DNA of 64,000 bases from an uncultured delta proteobacterium. Its GTDB lineage: Bacteria; Desulfobacterota; Desulfuromonadia; Geobacterales; DSM-12255. The notes under the pieces were generated by a model. The model searched no databases and had not been told where the DNA came from. It saw only the letters and a program-made list of their open reading frames with translations. Below are positions 1-8,054 of this stretch, in pieces; positions within the stretch are counted from its first letter, which is position 1; every line of letters starts with the position of its first letter. The stretch covers positions 32,001 to 96,000 of the forward strand of contig CAWBBV010000005.1 in NCBI GenBank assembly GCA_963787125.1, written 5' to 3'. Both the position numbers and the translations under genes were made by a program.

Positions 1-13
1 ACGGAATAATCGA

Positions 14-586
14 ATGATTAACGAGTTGATTTTCAGGGGTGCTAAAGTGATAAATCGAGTTTTATTCAGTAGCTTGGTTCTGATGATCGGTTTCTGTTTG
101 ATAGGGAATATTGTTTCGGCTGAAATGCCGGAAATGCCTCTATATGACAAGTACTTGGGCTGTGGAAAAGACAATCTGATAAAATCTATTTCAACATATG
201 ACGAAGACAACTCTTCAAAAGTGCCAGGTACATTGGAAGTGACTTCGGGTAAAAAGAAAATTATTTTACCTTATGATGAAATGGTTGCTGAAGGACCTGG
301 TGCATCATGGATGAGGGACTATTACTTTAAAAATGGAAAAGTAATTGCAATTACTTACGAAGGGAGGAGCATTCTCGGAGCAAAAAAGGATTCTGACAAC
401 TTCTTTACGTATTTATTAAAAAAACACCGCGATAATGGCTATAAAGTATTAAGGAAATCAGGTAATACATCTGCGGAAATGGAGAAAGGCAAAGTGCATT
501 TCAATTTAATAATTAGCGACAAATATGGAACCAATTCGGAAATGTGGAAAGTTGAATATGGTTATGAATACTTTCTGACTCCTTAA
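14..586 (+). CDS. Hypothetical exported protein (integron cassette 1)
   Basis: 190-aa AT-rich ORF with hydrophobic N-terminal signal; followed 13 bp later by an attC; start could be GTG at 47. Confidence 0.7.
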   Translation: MINELIFRGAKVINRVLFSSLVLMIGFCLIGNIVSAEMPEMPLYDKYLGCGKDNLIKSISTYDEDNSSKVPGTLEVTSGKKKIILPYDEMVAEGPGASWMRDYYFKNGKVIAITYEGRSILGAKKDSDNFFTYLLKKHRDNGYKVLRKSGNTSAEMEKGKVHFNLIISDKYGTNSEMWKVEYGYEYFLTP

Positions 587-598
587 AACATGGATCAA

Positions 599-656
599 TC
601 TCAACCAGACAGAAGCACCGGCCAAAAACCGCCGGTGTTCTGCCCAGCCGTTGGGC
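599..656 (+). mobile_element. attC site 1
   Basis: R'' TCTCAAC, 5-nt spacer, AGAAGCACCGG ... CCGGTGTTCT with one extrahelical G, R' GTTGGGC. Confidence 0.85.
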
Positions 657-665
657 AACACAAAC

Positions 666-1001
666 ATGAAAGGATCAAAACATCATATGTTTCGTTTTTA
701 TTTAATATCGTCGATATTCGCGACAATTCTTTATACATCTGGGTGCACAACCTTAACACCACGAGAGAATTTCATAAGCTTTAGAAACTGCGACATCGGC
801 ACACATATTAGCCAACTGGGCGTTGGAGATAAGCTTGGAGAGAAAACGCGGACTCTTGAGAATGGAAATGTTGAATATACCCGTGATTATTCGAACTGGC
901 GCGGACGCTGCGTATTTGTAAGAGAGATTGATTCGAAGACTGAGAGAATAGTCGCGTGGCGTACTGAGGGCGACGATATTGGTTGTCAAATAGTTCCTTG
1001 A
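666..1001 (+). CDS. Small lipoprotein (cassette 2, gene 1)
   Basis: Lipobox-like YTSGC; similar to next ORF (NGN...CVF..E.D.K..R...WR); start uncertain (666 or 687). Confidence 0.7.
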   Translation: MKGSKHHMFRFYLISSIFATILYTSGCTTLTPRENFISFRNCDIGTHISQLGVGDKLGEKTRTLENGNVEYTRDYSNWRGRCVFVREIDSKTERIVAWRTEGDDIGCQIVP

Positions 1002-1017
1002 TTAACCGAGGATTATC

Positions 1018-1335
1018 ATGAAAATTGGATTTCTAATTTTGTGTTCAATGCTTTTGTTGCCTGGGTGTACAAGCCTATACATGCGTGAGGCTGCTCCTTA
1101 TCAAAGCTTTAAGAAGAATTTAGGCGAACAATACCCCTCTAGCTCCCTTCCACCCTATTTATCGAAAGAAGTTTGGCTGGGATATGAAATACTGCCAAAC
1201 GGAAATCAAGTAAACCTAGTTGGTGCAGGAGGGCAATGTGTGTTTGCTTTTGAAGTGGATACAAAAGCAAGACGACTGACAGGATGGCGTTTTGCCAGTA
1301 AAGATGCTCCACCGGAATGTATGCCCCGTCCGTGA
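1018..1335 (+). CDS. Small lipoprotein (cassette 2, gene 2)
   Basis: GAGG RBS, lipobox LLPGC, paralogous to preceding ORF. Confidence 0.75.
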   Translation: MKIGFLILCSMLLLPGCTSLYMREAAPYQSFKKNLGEQYPSSSLPPYLSKEVWLGYEILPNGNQVNLVGAGGQCVFAFEVDTKARRLTGWRFASKDAPPECMPRP

Positions 1336-1346
1336 TTAGGTACCAA

Positions 1347-1408
1347 GCCCAACCACGTCCTTGGACCTGCCCTAAAAAACCGGCAGGTCAAGGCCGACCC
1401 CGTTATAC
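1347..1408 (+). mobile_element. attC site 2
   Basis: R'' GCCCAAC (reverse complement of GTTGGGC at 650), stem CCTTGGACCTGCC / GGCAGGTCAAGG with extrahelical G, R' GTTATAC. Confidence 0.9.
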
Positions 1409-1425
1409 CACTGAAAGGATAAGAG

Positions 1426-1896
1426 ATGACTATTATCAAAGATCCGAATGTCGGGGGATCGGCAAGCCCGGCGCTTTTGGCAGGTTTTGAAGAATCAATA
1501 GGTGCAAAATTACCAGAGGATTATAAGGCTTTCGTATTGTCCACAAATGGAGGGACGCCTTCCCCAGATACTTACGTCATCAACGACGGGAAGGAAGAAT
1601 GGGAAAGTAACGTCTTCTTCTATGGACTGCAAACTGGGCCGCATTCTCTTTATTCATTGCCAGCAAATTATGAAGAATACGTCGGCAGAATCCCATCAGG
1701 ACTGATACCGATAGGCAATGATTATGGTGGGAACTTGATCTGCATTTCTATAGGCACAGAAAGTTACGGGCAAATATTCTTTTCACACCACGACTACTTT
1801 TCCTATGACGATGAAGAACCTTCCGACAGTGGAACCCACTTTTTAGCACCATCCTTCTCAGTATTTTATGACAGTCTTCACGAACCAAGTGACTAA
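1426..1896 (+). CDS. SMI1/KNR4 (SUKH) family protein, putative toxin immunity protein (cassette 3)
   Basis: FEESIGAKLPEDYKAFVLSTNGG, IPIGNDYGGNLICI and LAPSFSVF motifs. Confidence 0.9.
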   Translation: MTIIKDPNVGGSASPALLAGFEESIGAKLPEDYKAFVLSTNGGTPSPDTYVINDGKEEWESNVFFYGLQTGPHSLYSLPANYEEYVGRIPSGLIPIGNDYGGNLICISIGTESYGQIFFSHHDYFSYDDEEPSDSGTHFLAPSFSVFYDSLHEPSD

Positions 1897-1903
1897 GAAC
1901 AAG

Positions 1904-1956
1904 GTATAACCAGACAGAAGCAGCGGTGAACCCGCTGTTCTGCCAAACCGTTCGGC
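1904..1956 (+). mobile_element. attC site 3 (53 bp)
   Basis: R'' GTATAAC (reverse complement of GTTATAC at 1402), AGAAGCAGCGG / CCGCTGTTCT stem, R' GTTCGGC; same family as attC1. Confidence 0.88.
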
Positions 1957-1975
1957 AACACAATCGAGGATATAT

Positions 1976-2890
1976 ATGAATAGAAAAGCGTGTGTAATCT
2001 TATGGCTTCTATTAATGAACGTAGTAAGTAAAGGTTATGCTATTACCATCGTGCAACCTGAGAACAATGCTGTTTTTCATGCAGGGCAGAAAGTAAAAGT
2101 TGTAGTTCTTCCTTCGCATGGAGAAAAGCTTAATGGAATGTGGATTAAAACAACAAGAGGTAGTTCGGAAATTCTTGAAGGGCCACCTTTTGAAACTGAG
2201 CTAAAATTAGATGATAAATATGTAGGTAAAGAGAAAATTACTGCGATTTCAAAAATTAACAAAGACAGAGATATAGTGGAATCATCAATAAGTATCACAG
2301 TTCAACTTCCATCGGATGTGAAACTGGAAAAAATTAAGACTAACCCAATTATGGTAATATACATTGCACCTAAATCGGAGCCATTAAATACAAGTAAAAT
2401 ACAAATTAGCTCATTGTTTTCAGATGGAATTTGGAGAGATCTCCATATTCTTAGCGATGTCAGATTCGCAAGTAGTGATACCAATATTGCTACAGTTGAC
2501 AAACAAGGCATTGTCACCGCTAAAAATCTAGGTTTAACGACAATATCAATTAACGCAGGCGGTAAGAATGCATCAGTTAAGGTTCATGTTAGCCTTGATA
2601 TTGAAATAGATGAAGTATTACTCGTTAAACCAACAGATACAGGCATTCAACTAAACTGGAAGCTCTCCCCGCAAGACCCGGAATGGGTCACCGGTTACAT
2701 GGTATTCAGAACCGAGGATCCGGACGGTGTAATTAAAAGGAAAATTGCCGATCTGCCAAACGGCACGAACACCTATATTGATAGGACTGCGGAGAAGTTG
2801 AAGGCTTATTATTACGGTGTGCAAGCTATTTCTACGTCTACAAATGAGCGATCTAGAATGACTAATATGACACCCATGGTGTTGCCTTGA
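1976..2890 (+). CDS. Exported protein with Ig-like (Big_2) and FN3-like domains (cassette 4)
   Basis: Signal peptide; FASSDTNIATVDKQGIVTAK Big_2 motif; LNW...GYMVFR...YIDRT...YYYGVQA FN3 motif. Confidence 0.85.
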   Translation: MNRKACVILWLLLMNVVSKGYAITIVQPENNAVFHAGQKVKVVVLPSHGEKLNGMWIKTTRGSSEILEGPPFETELKLDDKYVGKEKITAISKINKDRDIVESSISITVQLPSDVKLEKIKTNPIMVIYIAPKSEPLNTSKIQISSLFSDGIWRDLHILSDVRFASSDTNIATVDKQGIVTAKNLGLTTISINAGGKNASVKVHVSLDIEIDEVLLVKPTDTGIQLNWKLSPQDPEWVTGYMVFRTEDPDGVIKRKIADLPNGTNTYIDRTAEKLKAYYYGVQAISTSTNERSRMTNMTPMVLP

Positions 2891-2927
2891 GCGAGAGAGC
2901 AAGCAGTTAGCAAGGAAAGACTGCCGA

Positions 2928-4827
2928 ATCGGGTAGCCGGGGGTTTTTCTCCCCCAGCCCCCACACCACCGGACATGCGGGTCCGCATCCGGCGGTTCGA
3001 TAGAATTACCGGGCCGTAGCCGGGTAGTGAAGCTTCACCCACAGTTCTTTGACAGATAATAAACCTTGATCCTTCAGACATTTGTTGGTCAAACCGGTAT
3101 GAGCAGCCAAGTCTTCGGGACATCGCCCACGGGCCGCTTCTATTCAGGCCCGCTCGGATGGCGGTGCCAAGTTGCGTACCAAGTGCCAGTAGATTCTTGA
3201 TCTTGGTACGACACCAGCGCCACTGTTTCCAGTAACAGAGCCGTATTCTGCGCCTTATCCAGCCGTCTATTTCCGGGATTTCACGGTAATATTCCGATAT
3301 TCCGAAGTACCCCATCCATCCACGGAGATATTGAGCCAGTTTATACAACCGGTACTTCATGGAGACCCGCCAGCTTCTTCCGGTATACTGCTTGACTCGG
3401 CGTCTGAACTCCTTGTATGCCTTGTCAGACCAGATGATGCGGGTTCCGCTGAAGATGAAGCCAAGGAAGTCTATGCGGGATGTTCTTGCTACCGCACTCT
3501 TGGTCTCATTGACTGTAAGTTTGAGTTTGCTGGTCAGGAAGGTTTTCATTCCTTCCATTACCCGGTCGCCGGCGCGCTGGCTTTTGACGAGGATGACGAA
3601 GTCGTCTGCATAGCGGACGAATTTGTGACCGCGTTTCTCAAGTTCTTTGTCCAGTGTGTCGAGCAGGATGTTGGCTAGAAGCGGCGAGAGTGGGCCACCC
3701 TGGGGGACACCCAGTCTGGTCTTTTCAAGACGCCCTTTTACCTCTACACCTGCCCGTAAGTACTTGCCGATCAGGGCTAGTACCCGCTTGTCGTGAACTT
3801 TCTTGCTCACAAGGTGCATGAGCAGATCATGGTTGACCGTGTCGAAGAACTTGGCAAGGTCAATATCCACGGCAATCCGGTATCCCTGCTGGATGTACTC
3901 CCGCACCTTTCGGACAGCATCTTTTGCTGACCGACGGGGACGGAAACCGAAGCTCGATGCGGAGAAGTCCGGATCGAAGATCGGTGTCAACACTTGGGCA
4001 ATGGACTGTTGGATCAGCCGGTCAAGTACAGTGGGTATCCCCAGCGGACGGGTTCCACCCGTTGCTTTGGGAATCTCTACCCGCTTTACCGGCAAAGGTT
4101 GGTAACTGCCTGTCATTAGCGATTCGCGAATAGTGTTCCAGTGAGAACGGGTATGGTCGGGGAATTGTTCGATGGTGATGCCATCGACGCCGGGTGCGCC
4201 CTTATTGGCTTTGACCCGTTTCCACGCTTGCTCCATGTTCGCACTGGAGAGTATCCGCTCCAGTAGGTGCTGCTCAGGGGTTGGCTGATCAATGACGCGC
4301 TCCATAGGCATTCCCCCGGACGGGTTCTTTATGTCATGAAAGCTCATTGGTGCTACTCCCCTTTGCTATCGTTCGGCCCTTCGGCGGGGTAAGGCTTCCC
4401 GGACTCTCCCGGGCTTGTTTCCAGTTGCCGGATCGCTTGCGGCAACGTCCTTCGCCTACTATGGCTTCTGCTGACTTCTGCTCCATCACGGCAGCTGTTA
4501 CCAGATGCCGCGCCATCAGGAATCAATGGCATGCGGAGCAGATCTCCCCGGATAAGAACGTGAACTGTGGCTACACAACCGCAGCATTTACCATTTCTCC
4601 TGAACCCGAGGGACTTCGTCATGTTGTGCTGACTTGCCCGGATGATGGCCTTGTATGCTGTTTCTGTTCGTCGGCTCATAGCTTTGCGCTCCGGCTTCCT
4701 CCAGACCCCTCCTCGCGGAGACGCCCTTGCCTTCGGCTAGTACTTGGTTTACGCTGTCTCGCGACAGTGTTGGATTCACCGTACAGGGGACTTGCACCCC
4801 ATAAGTTCACGCCCATGACGGGCGTAC
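2928..4827 (-). mobile_element. Group II intron, class IIC-attC type (1900 nt)
   Basis: 5' end GTACGCCC after exon TTGT; domain V GAACCGCCGGATGCGGACCCGCATGTCCGGTGGT with CGC triad; domain VI hairpin ending CTACCCGAT; internal RT ORF. Confidence 0.93.
3006..4311 (-). pseudogene. ltrA: Group II intron reverse transcriptase/maturase, 1-nt frameshift near 3110
   Basis: NKGAPGVDG, RPLGIP, PQGGPLSP, RYADD motifs; no endonuclease domain; expected C-terminus LAAHTGLTNKCLKDQGLLSVKELWVKLHYPATAR* lies in the shifted frame, stop at 3006. Confidence 0.85.
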
Positions 4828-5095
4828 ACAAGGCTTACGACCTGCCCGAAAACCCGGCAGGTCAAAGCCATGCCCGTTATGTGAACAAGGAAAAAGGCAT
4901 GGAATTTAACGTAGCCCCTAAGAGTCAACGCCCCATTCCCCATTTTTAGACAATGGAGGCCTTTGGCTGACATTCCTTTCTATTTGACTGGCTAAAGCCA
5001 ATAGTCAAAAACCTGTGACACTCCCAACAACACTCTTGACAGTACTATTAATAGCATGGTTAAATATGCCAAAGCCAATGTTATGGAGGTTTATC

Positions 5096-5350
5096 ATGCC
5101 GCAGATATCTGCCAATGATCTTAAAATAAAAGGGGTTTCCGCCATTGAAGCGCTGCTTGCCACTCAGCCGGAAGCGGTTATATCTGTTCGCGGCAAGGAG
5201 CGGTATGTTGTCATGGATATGGAGCAGTATCATTACCTGCGCGAGTGTGAACTGGAATCAGCCCTTGCCCGGACCCGTGCCGATCTTGCTGAAGGACGTT
5301 TTGTCAAAGGTAGCGCCGAAGATCATCTGGCCCGTCTGAAGGCAGCTTGA
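5096..5350 (+). CDS. Phd/YefM family antitoxin
   Basis: GGAGG RBS; ISANDLK...AVISVRGKERYVVMDMEQY; stop overlaps toxin start. Confidence 0.85.
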   Translation: MPQISANDLKIKGVSAIEALLATQPEAVISVRGKERYVVMDMEQYHYLRECELESALARTRADLAEGRFVKGSAEDHLARLKAA

Positions 5351-5625
5351 TGAGCTGGTCTCTGGTTTTTACCGAGCAGTACGAAAAACGCGCCCGGAGT
5401 TTTCTGAAACGCCATCCCGAGATTGAAAGACAGTATCTGAAAACGCTGCAACTGCTGGAAGCCAACCCGTTCCATCCCTCACTCCGTCTGCATCCGCTGT
5501 CAGGGCGGCTTTCCGGGCTGCACCAAGTCTCAATCAATCTCAGCTATCGTATCACCCTTGAGTTCATTATTAACGATCAGGAGATTATCCCGGTAAATGT
5601 CGGCGATCACGACACGGTGTATTGA
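5350..5625 (+). CDS. RelE/YafQ-like type II toxin
   Basis: NPFHPSLRLHPLSG, SINLSYRI, VGDHDTVY motifs; coupled to antitoxin. Confidence 0.85.
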   Translation: MSWSLVFTEQYEKRARSFLKRHPEIERQYLKTLQLLEANPFHPSLRLHPLSGRLSGLHQVSINLSYRITLEFIINDQEIIPVNVGDHDTVY

Positions 5626-5640
5626 TCCCCAAAAAGGCAG

Positions 5641-5676
5641 TTGGCCACAGATAAAGGCCGATAACTGCGGATAAAA
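5641..5676 (+). repeat. Nonamer-periodic dispersed repeat (half element)
   Basis: 35/36 identical to reverse complement of 54191-54226. Confidence 0.85.
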
Positions 5677-5817
5677 GCGGATCGTGATAAATTTAAAAGT
5701 TTTCAAATTCGGCTGGTAAAAGCAGGCAAACTCATGATAGGTTGCCATTTTCATGAAGCACCCAGCCGCAAGCAGCGGGGAATTGAGCCGTATGAGACTA
5801 ATACTGGAGAGAGTAGA

Positions 5818-6018
5818 ATGAAAGCAGCGTTCAACGTTTATGCCGCGTTTCTCAACGAGGCTCGAAAAGATGGGAAGATTGTAACGGTTATTTTTCTTGA
5901 TGGGACATCATGTTGCGGGGTTGTGACTTCATTTGATGACGTGGCCATTATGCTGATTGACCCGAGCCAGGAGAGCCCCGCCATGATATTCAGACACTCT
6001 ATCCGCCAGATACGCTAA
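5818..6018 (+). CDS. Divergent Hfq-like (Sm fold) protein
   Basis: FLNEARKDGKIVTVIFLDG...GVVTSFDDVAIML...MIFRHSI aligns by eye with Hfq Sm1/Sm2; GGAGAG RBS. Confidence 0.75.
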   Translation: MKAAFNVYAAFLNEARKDGKIVTVIFLDGTSCCGVVTSFDDVAIMLIDPSQESPAMIFRHSIRQIR

Positions 6019-6210
6019 GAGTTCCCGTCAGCTGATAGTTTTAGAGCACCCCATAGGGTCGCACCTACACATTTCACAAAACAACAAAATGCAAACGCCG
6101 TAAATCCCGTTACAACAGGGCTTCACGGCGCTTGCACTGGTTTTTGCTTGACCCCTTCCATCAAAACACAGCTCTTTTGGGTTTGAAAGCCCATCGGAAT
6201 ACATCCGGGC

Positions 6211-6265
6211 CGGTATCCGGCGGCTCCGCTTCGCTACGCACCGTATAAAGTCTTAATCGTTGAAC
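6211..6265 (+). mobile_element. Degenerate attC (right half)
   Basis: Apical GGCTCCGCTTCGCTACGC, 8-nt spacer, R' GTTGAAC; R'' missing. Confidence 0.45.
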
Positions 6266-6286
6266 GAACAATACAACCCAAATATA

Positions 6287-6307
6287 TGCTATCAAATTAT
6301 GATTGCA
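6287..6307 (+). promoter_or_regulatory. Palindromic operator upstream of hicAB
   Basis: TGCTATCA-AATTA-TGATTGCA imperfect inverted repeat. Confidence 0.5.
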
Positions 6308-6338
6308 AATATCATCACTTCATGGCTATAGTCTCCAT

Positions 6339-6593
6339 ATGATCAAATCGCATCGAAAAACCCTGAATGATATTTTCTCGCAGCCAGCTCCAGCGACATT
6401 AGAATGGCGCCGCATGGAATCGCTTTTTGTCTCGTTAGGCGCAGAAACTATTGAGGGTTCCGGCTCACGGGTTCGCTTTGTGTTGAACGGCATAATTGCC
6501 ACATTTCACCGACCTCACCCGGCAAAAGAGGCAAAACCATATCAAGTCAGAGACGCTAAAACATTTTTGGAAAACGCAGGAGTAAAGCCATGA
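6339..6593 (+). CDS. hicA: HicA toxin
   Basis: EGSGSRVRF...FHRPHPAKEAKPYQV. Confidence 0.9.
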   Translation: MIKSHRKTLNDIFSQPAPATLEWRRMESLFVSLGAETIEGSGSRVRFVLNGIIATFHRPHPAKEAKPYQVRDAKTFLENAGVKP

Positions 6594-6916
6594 ACACAAT
6601 GATTTTCAAAGGATATGCAGCAAGAATTGAATACAGCGATGAGGACGGATGCTTCATTGGTCACATCGCAGGAATTAAAGACGTCATTGGTTTCCACGCC
6701 GAATCTGTAAAAGAGTTACGAGCGGCATTTTATGGGGCTGTTGATGACTATTTGGCTACATGTGAAAAACTGGGAAGATCACCACAAAAACCCTATTCCG
6801 GCAAACTGATGTTACGAGTTCCACCTGAAGTCCATGCCCATGCCGCAATGATGGCAGAAGCTCATGGAAAGAGTTTGAACCAGTGGGCTGCGGACGTTCT
6901 TATGTATGCAAACTGA
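6590..6916 (+). CDS. hicB: HicB antitoxin
   Basis: KGYAARIEYSDED...AVDDYL...KPYSGKLMLRV...SLNQW. Confidence 0.92.
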   Translation: MNTMIFKGYAARIEYSDEDGCFIGHIAGIKDVIGFHAESVKELRAAFYGAVDDYLATCEKLGRSPQKPYSGKLMLRVPPEVHAHAAMMAEAHGKSLNQWAADVLMYAN

Positions 6917-6935
6917 AAGCTTGAACAAATGAAGT

Positions 6936-6990
6936 AAAAAAAGGGTCGTGTTTCAACTTCGGAGAATTATGAGTTGGTTCACGGCCCTTA
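6936..6990. terminator. Hairpin downstream of hicB and of the converging cas6 operon
   Basis: AAGGGTCGTG...CACGGCCCTT stem with T-run on the minus strand. Confidence 0.5.
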
Positions 6991-7145
6991 TATTTACTAC
7001 CATGGCAATGGTTCAACCATCGGCGACACCGGTCGAAGGGGCCCTTAAGGGTCAACGCTCCATTCACCGTTTCAGCCAAAGCGGAACGTAACTAATTCCA
7101 ATTTTGAGATTGATGCTTAAATCAAGACGGCGACAACAAGGCCCT

Positions 7146-8045
7146 TTAGCCCGCAGAGAAGCTGTAACTCCCCATGCCGTAGGTCGCCCCTTTGCCGATG
7201 TTGAGCCGGCTGCCAAGGGAGAGAAAGGGGTTGAAATCCGTCAGATCACCGCGATAAGTCACCGCCCCTTCCACCCCTTGCAACCCGCCACCCCGGTTTA
7301 CCCATGAAAGTTCCGTAGAGACGCAGCTGATCTCCCGGCTCCGCTCCGCCAGCCATTTGAAATCGTGGGGTAGCTCCTCCTGACCGTAGTAATAGGCCAG
7401 GGAAGAGATGCGTCTGAACAACGCGCCGGCAACAGCGGGGAATGGCAGCTCCCGCAGGGGGAGGCCTTTATGGATGAGCCGCACGGGAGTCAGGAAATTA
7501 ATGGTTAGCTGTGAACAGGCGGCGCACTCGTGGGAGAAAAGTTCGTCAAAAGAGAGCAGCGGCAGGGAGGAGAATTCGTCCCCGACAATCTCTGCCGGGA
7601 GCGTGACACGCGTGCCATCCCCTGAGGCCGCTTCTACAGCGGTAATGCTCCAGTTATTGAAGCATCCGGAAGAGGCAAGGATGAATCTCACCGCTTTGAT
7701 GAAGAGGCCGAGCTGACTGATTGCATCTCCGGCAATGACAAGGGCGAGTTCAACCCCCTTGCGCTCCGGCCGCGTCCCCGGGAGCACCGGGATTTTGAAG
7801 GCAAACGGCAGCGGCGGCTTCTGGTAACGGCGCAGCGCCGCCGGATCGGAAGTAAGCGTCTGGTCGAAAACAGCCCGGCAGGGGCAGGCAGGACCGGCGC
7901 TGCAGCCGAGGTCACTGGTCAGGCAGCCGGTCACCCGGCGCAAAGCTGCCGGGAAATGCTGCTTTATAGCGAAGAGCACGTGGGGGTTGAGCTTTTCCGC
8001 AGGGGTGACCAACTTGAAATAAATCTGCACAAAAGGGGTGTTCAT
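7146..8045 (-). CDS. cas6: Stand-alone Cas6-family RAMP endoribonuclease (DUF2276-like)
   Basis: C-terminal G-loop IGKGATYGMG, FLTPVRL, N-terminal Cys cluster, PPLPF. Confidence 0.8.
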   Translation of the reverse strand: MNTPFVQIYFKLVTPAEKLNPHVLFAIKQHFPAALRRVTGCLTSDLGCSAGPACPCRAVFDQTLTSDPAALRRYQKPPLPFAFKIPVLPGTRPERKGVELALVIAGDAISQLGLFIKAVRFILASSGCFNNWSITAVEAASGDGTRVTLPAEIVGDEFSSLPLLSFDELFSHECAACSQLTINFLTPVRLIHKGLPLRELPFPAVAGALFRRISSLAYYYGQEELPHDFKWLAERSREISCVSTELSWVNRGGGLQGVEGAVTYRGDLTDFNPFLSLGSRLNIGKGATYGMGSYSFSAG

Positions 8046-8054
8046 AGAGGGCGA

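Larger units (their letters stand above)
2923..4882 (+). mobile_element. attC site 4, split by group II intron
   Basis: GCCGA (2923-2927) joined to AC... (4828) rebuilds R'' GCCGAAC, the reverse complement of GTTCGGC at 1950; stem GACCTGCC/GGCAGGTC; R' GTTATGT 4876-4882. Confidence 0.88.

Noticed and set aside
2812..3005. C-terminal extension of the 511-aa RT ORF
   Set aside because: Read-through of intron domains V/VI and exon caused by the frameshift
2928..4827. RT as a retron, DGR or defence RT
   Set aside because: Clear domain V/VI, YADD and splice junctions identify a group II intron; no template/variable repeat pair seen
4347..4949. 200-aa plus-strand ORF and small overlapping minus ORFs
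   Set aside because: They overlay intron ribozyme domains I-III and attC4; no protein motifs
6038..6047. GTTTTAGAGC resembling the start of a type II-A CRISPR repeat
   Set aside because: Single occurrence, no spacers, no cas9; overlaps a REP-like half element
590..7145. Repeated hairpins near cas6 as a CRISPR array
   Set aside because: Repeats are separated by whole genes and have attC core motifs, not 30-40 bp spacers
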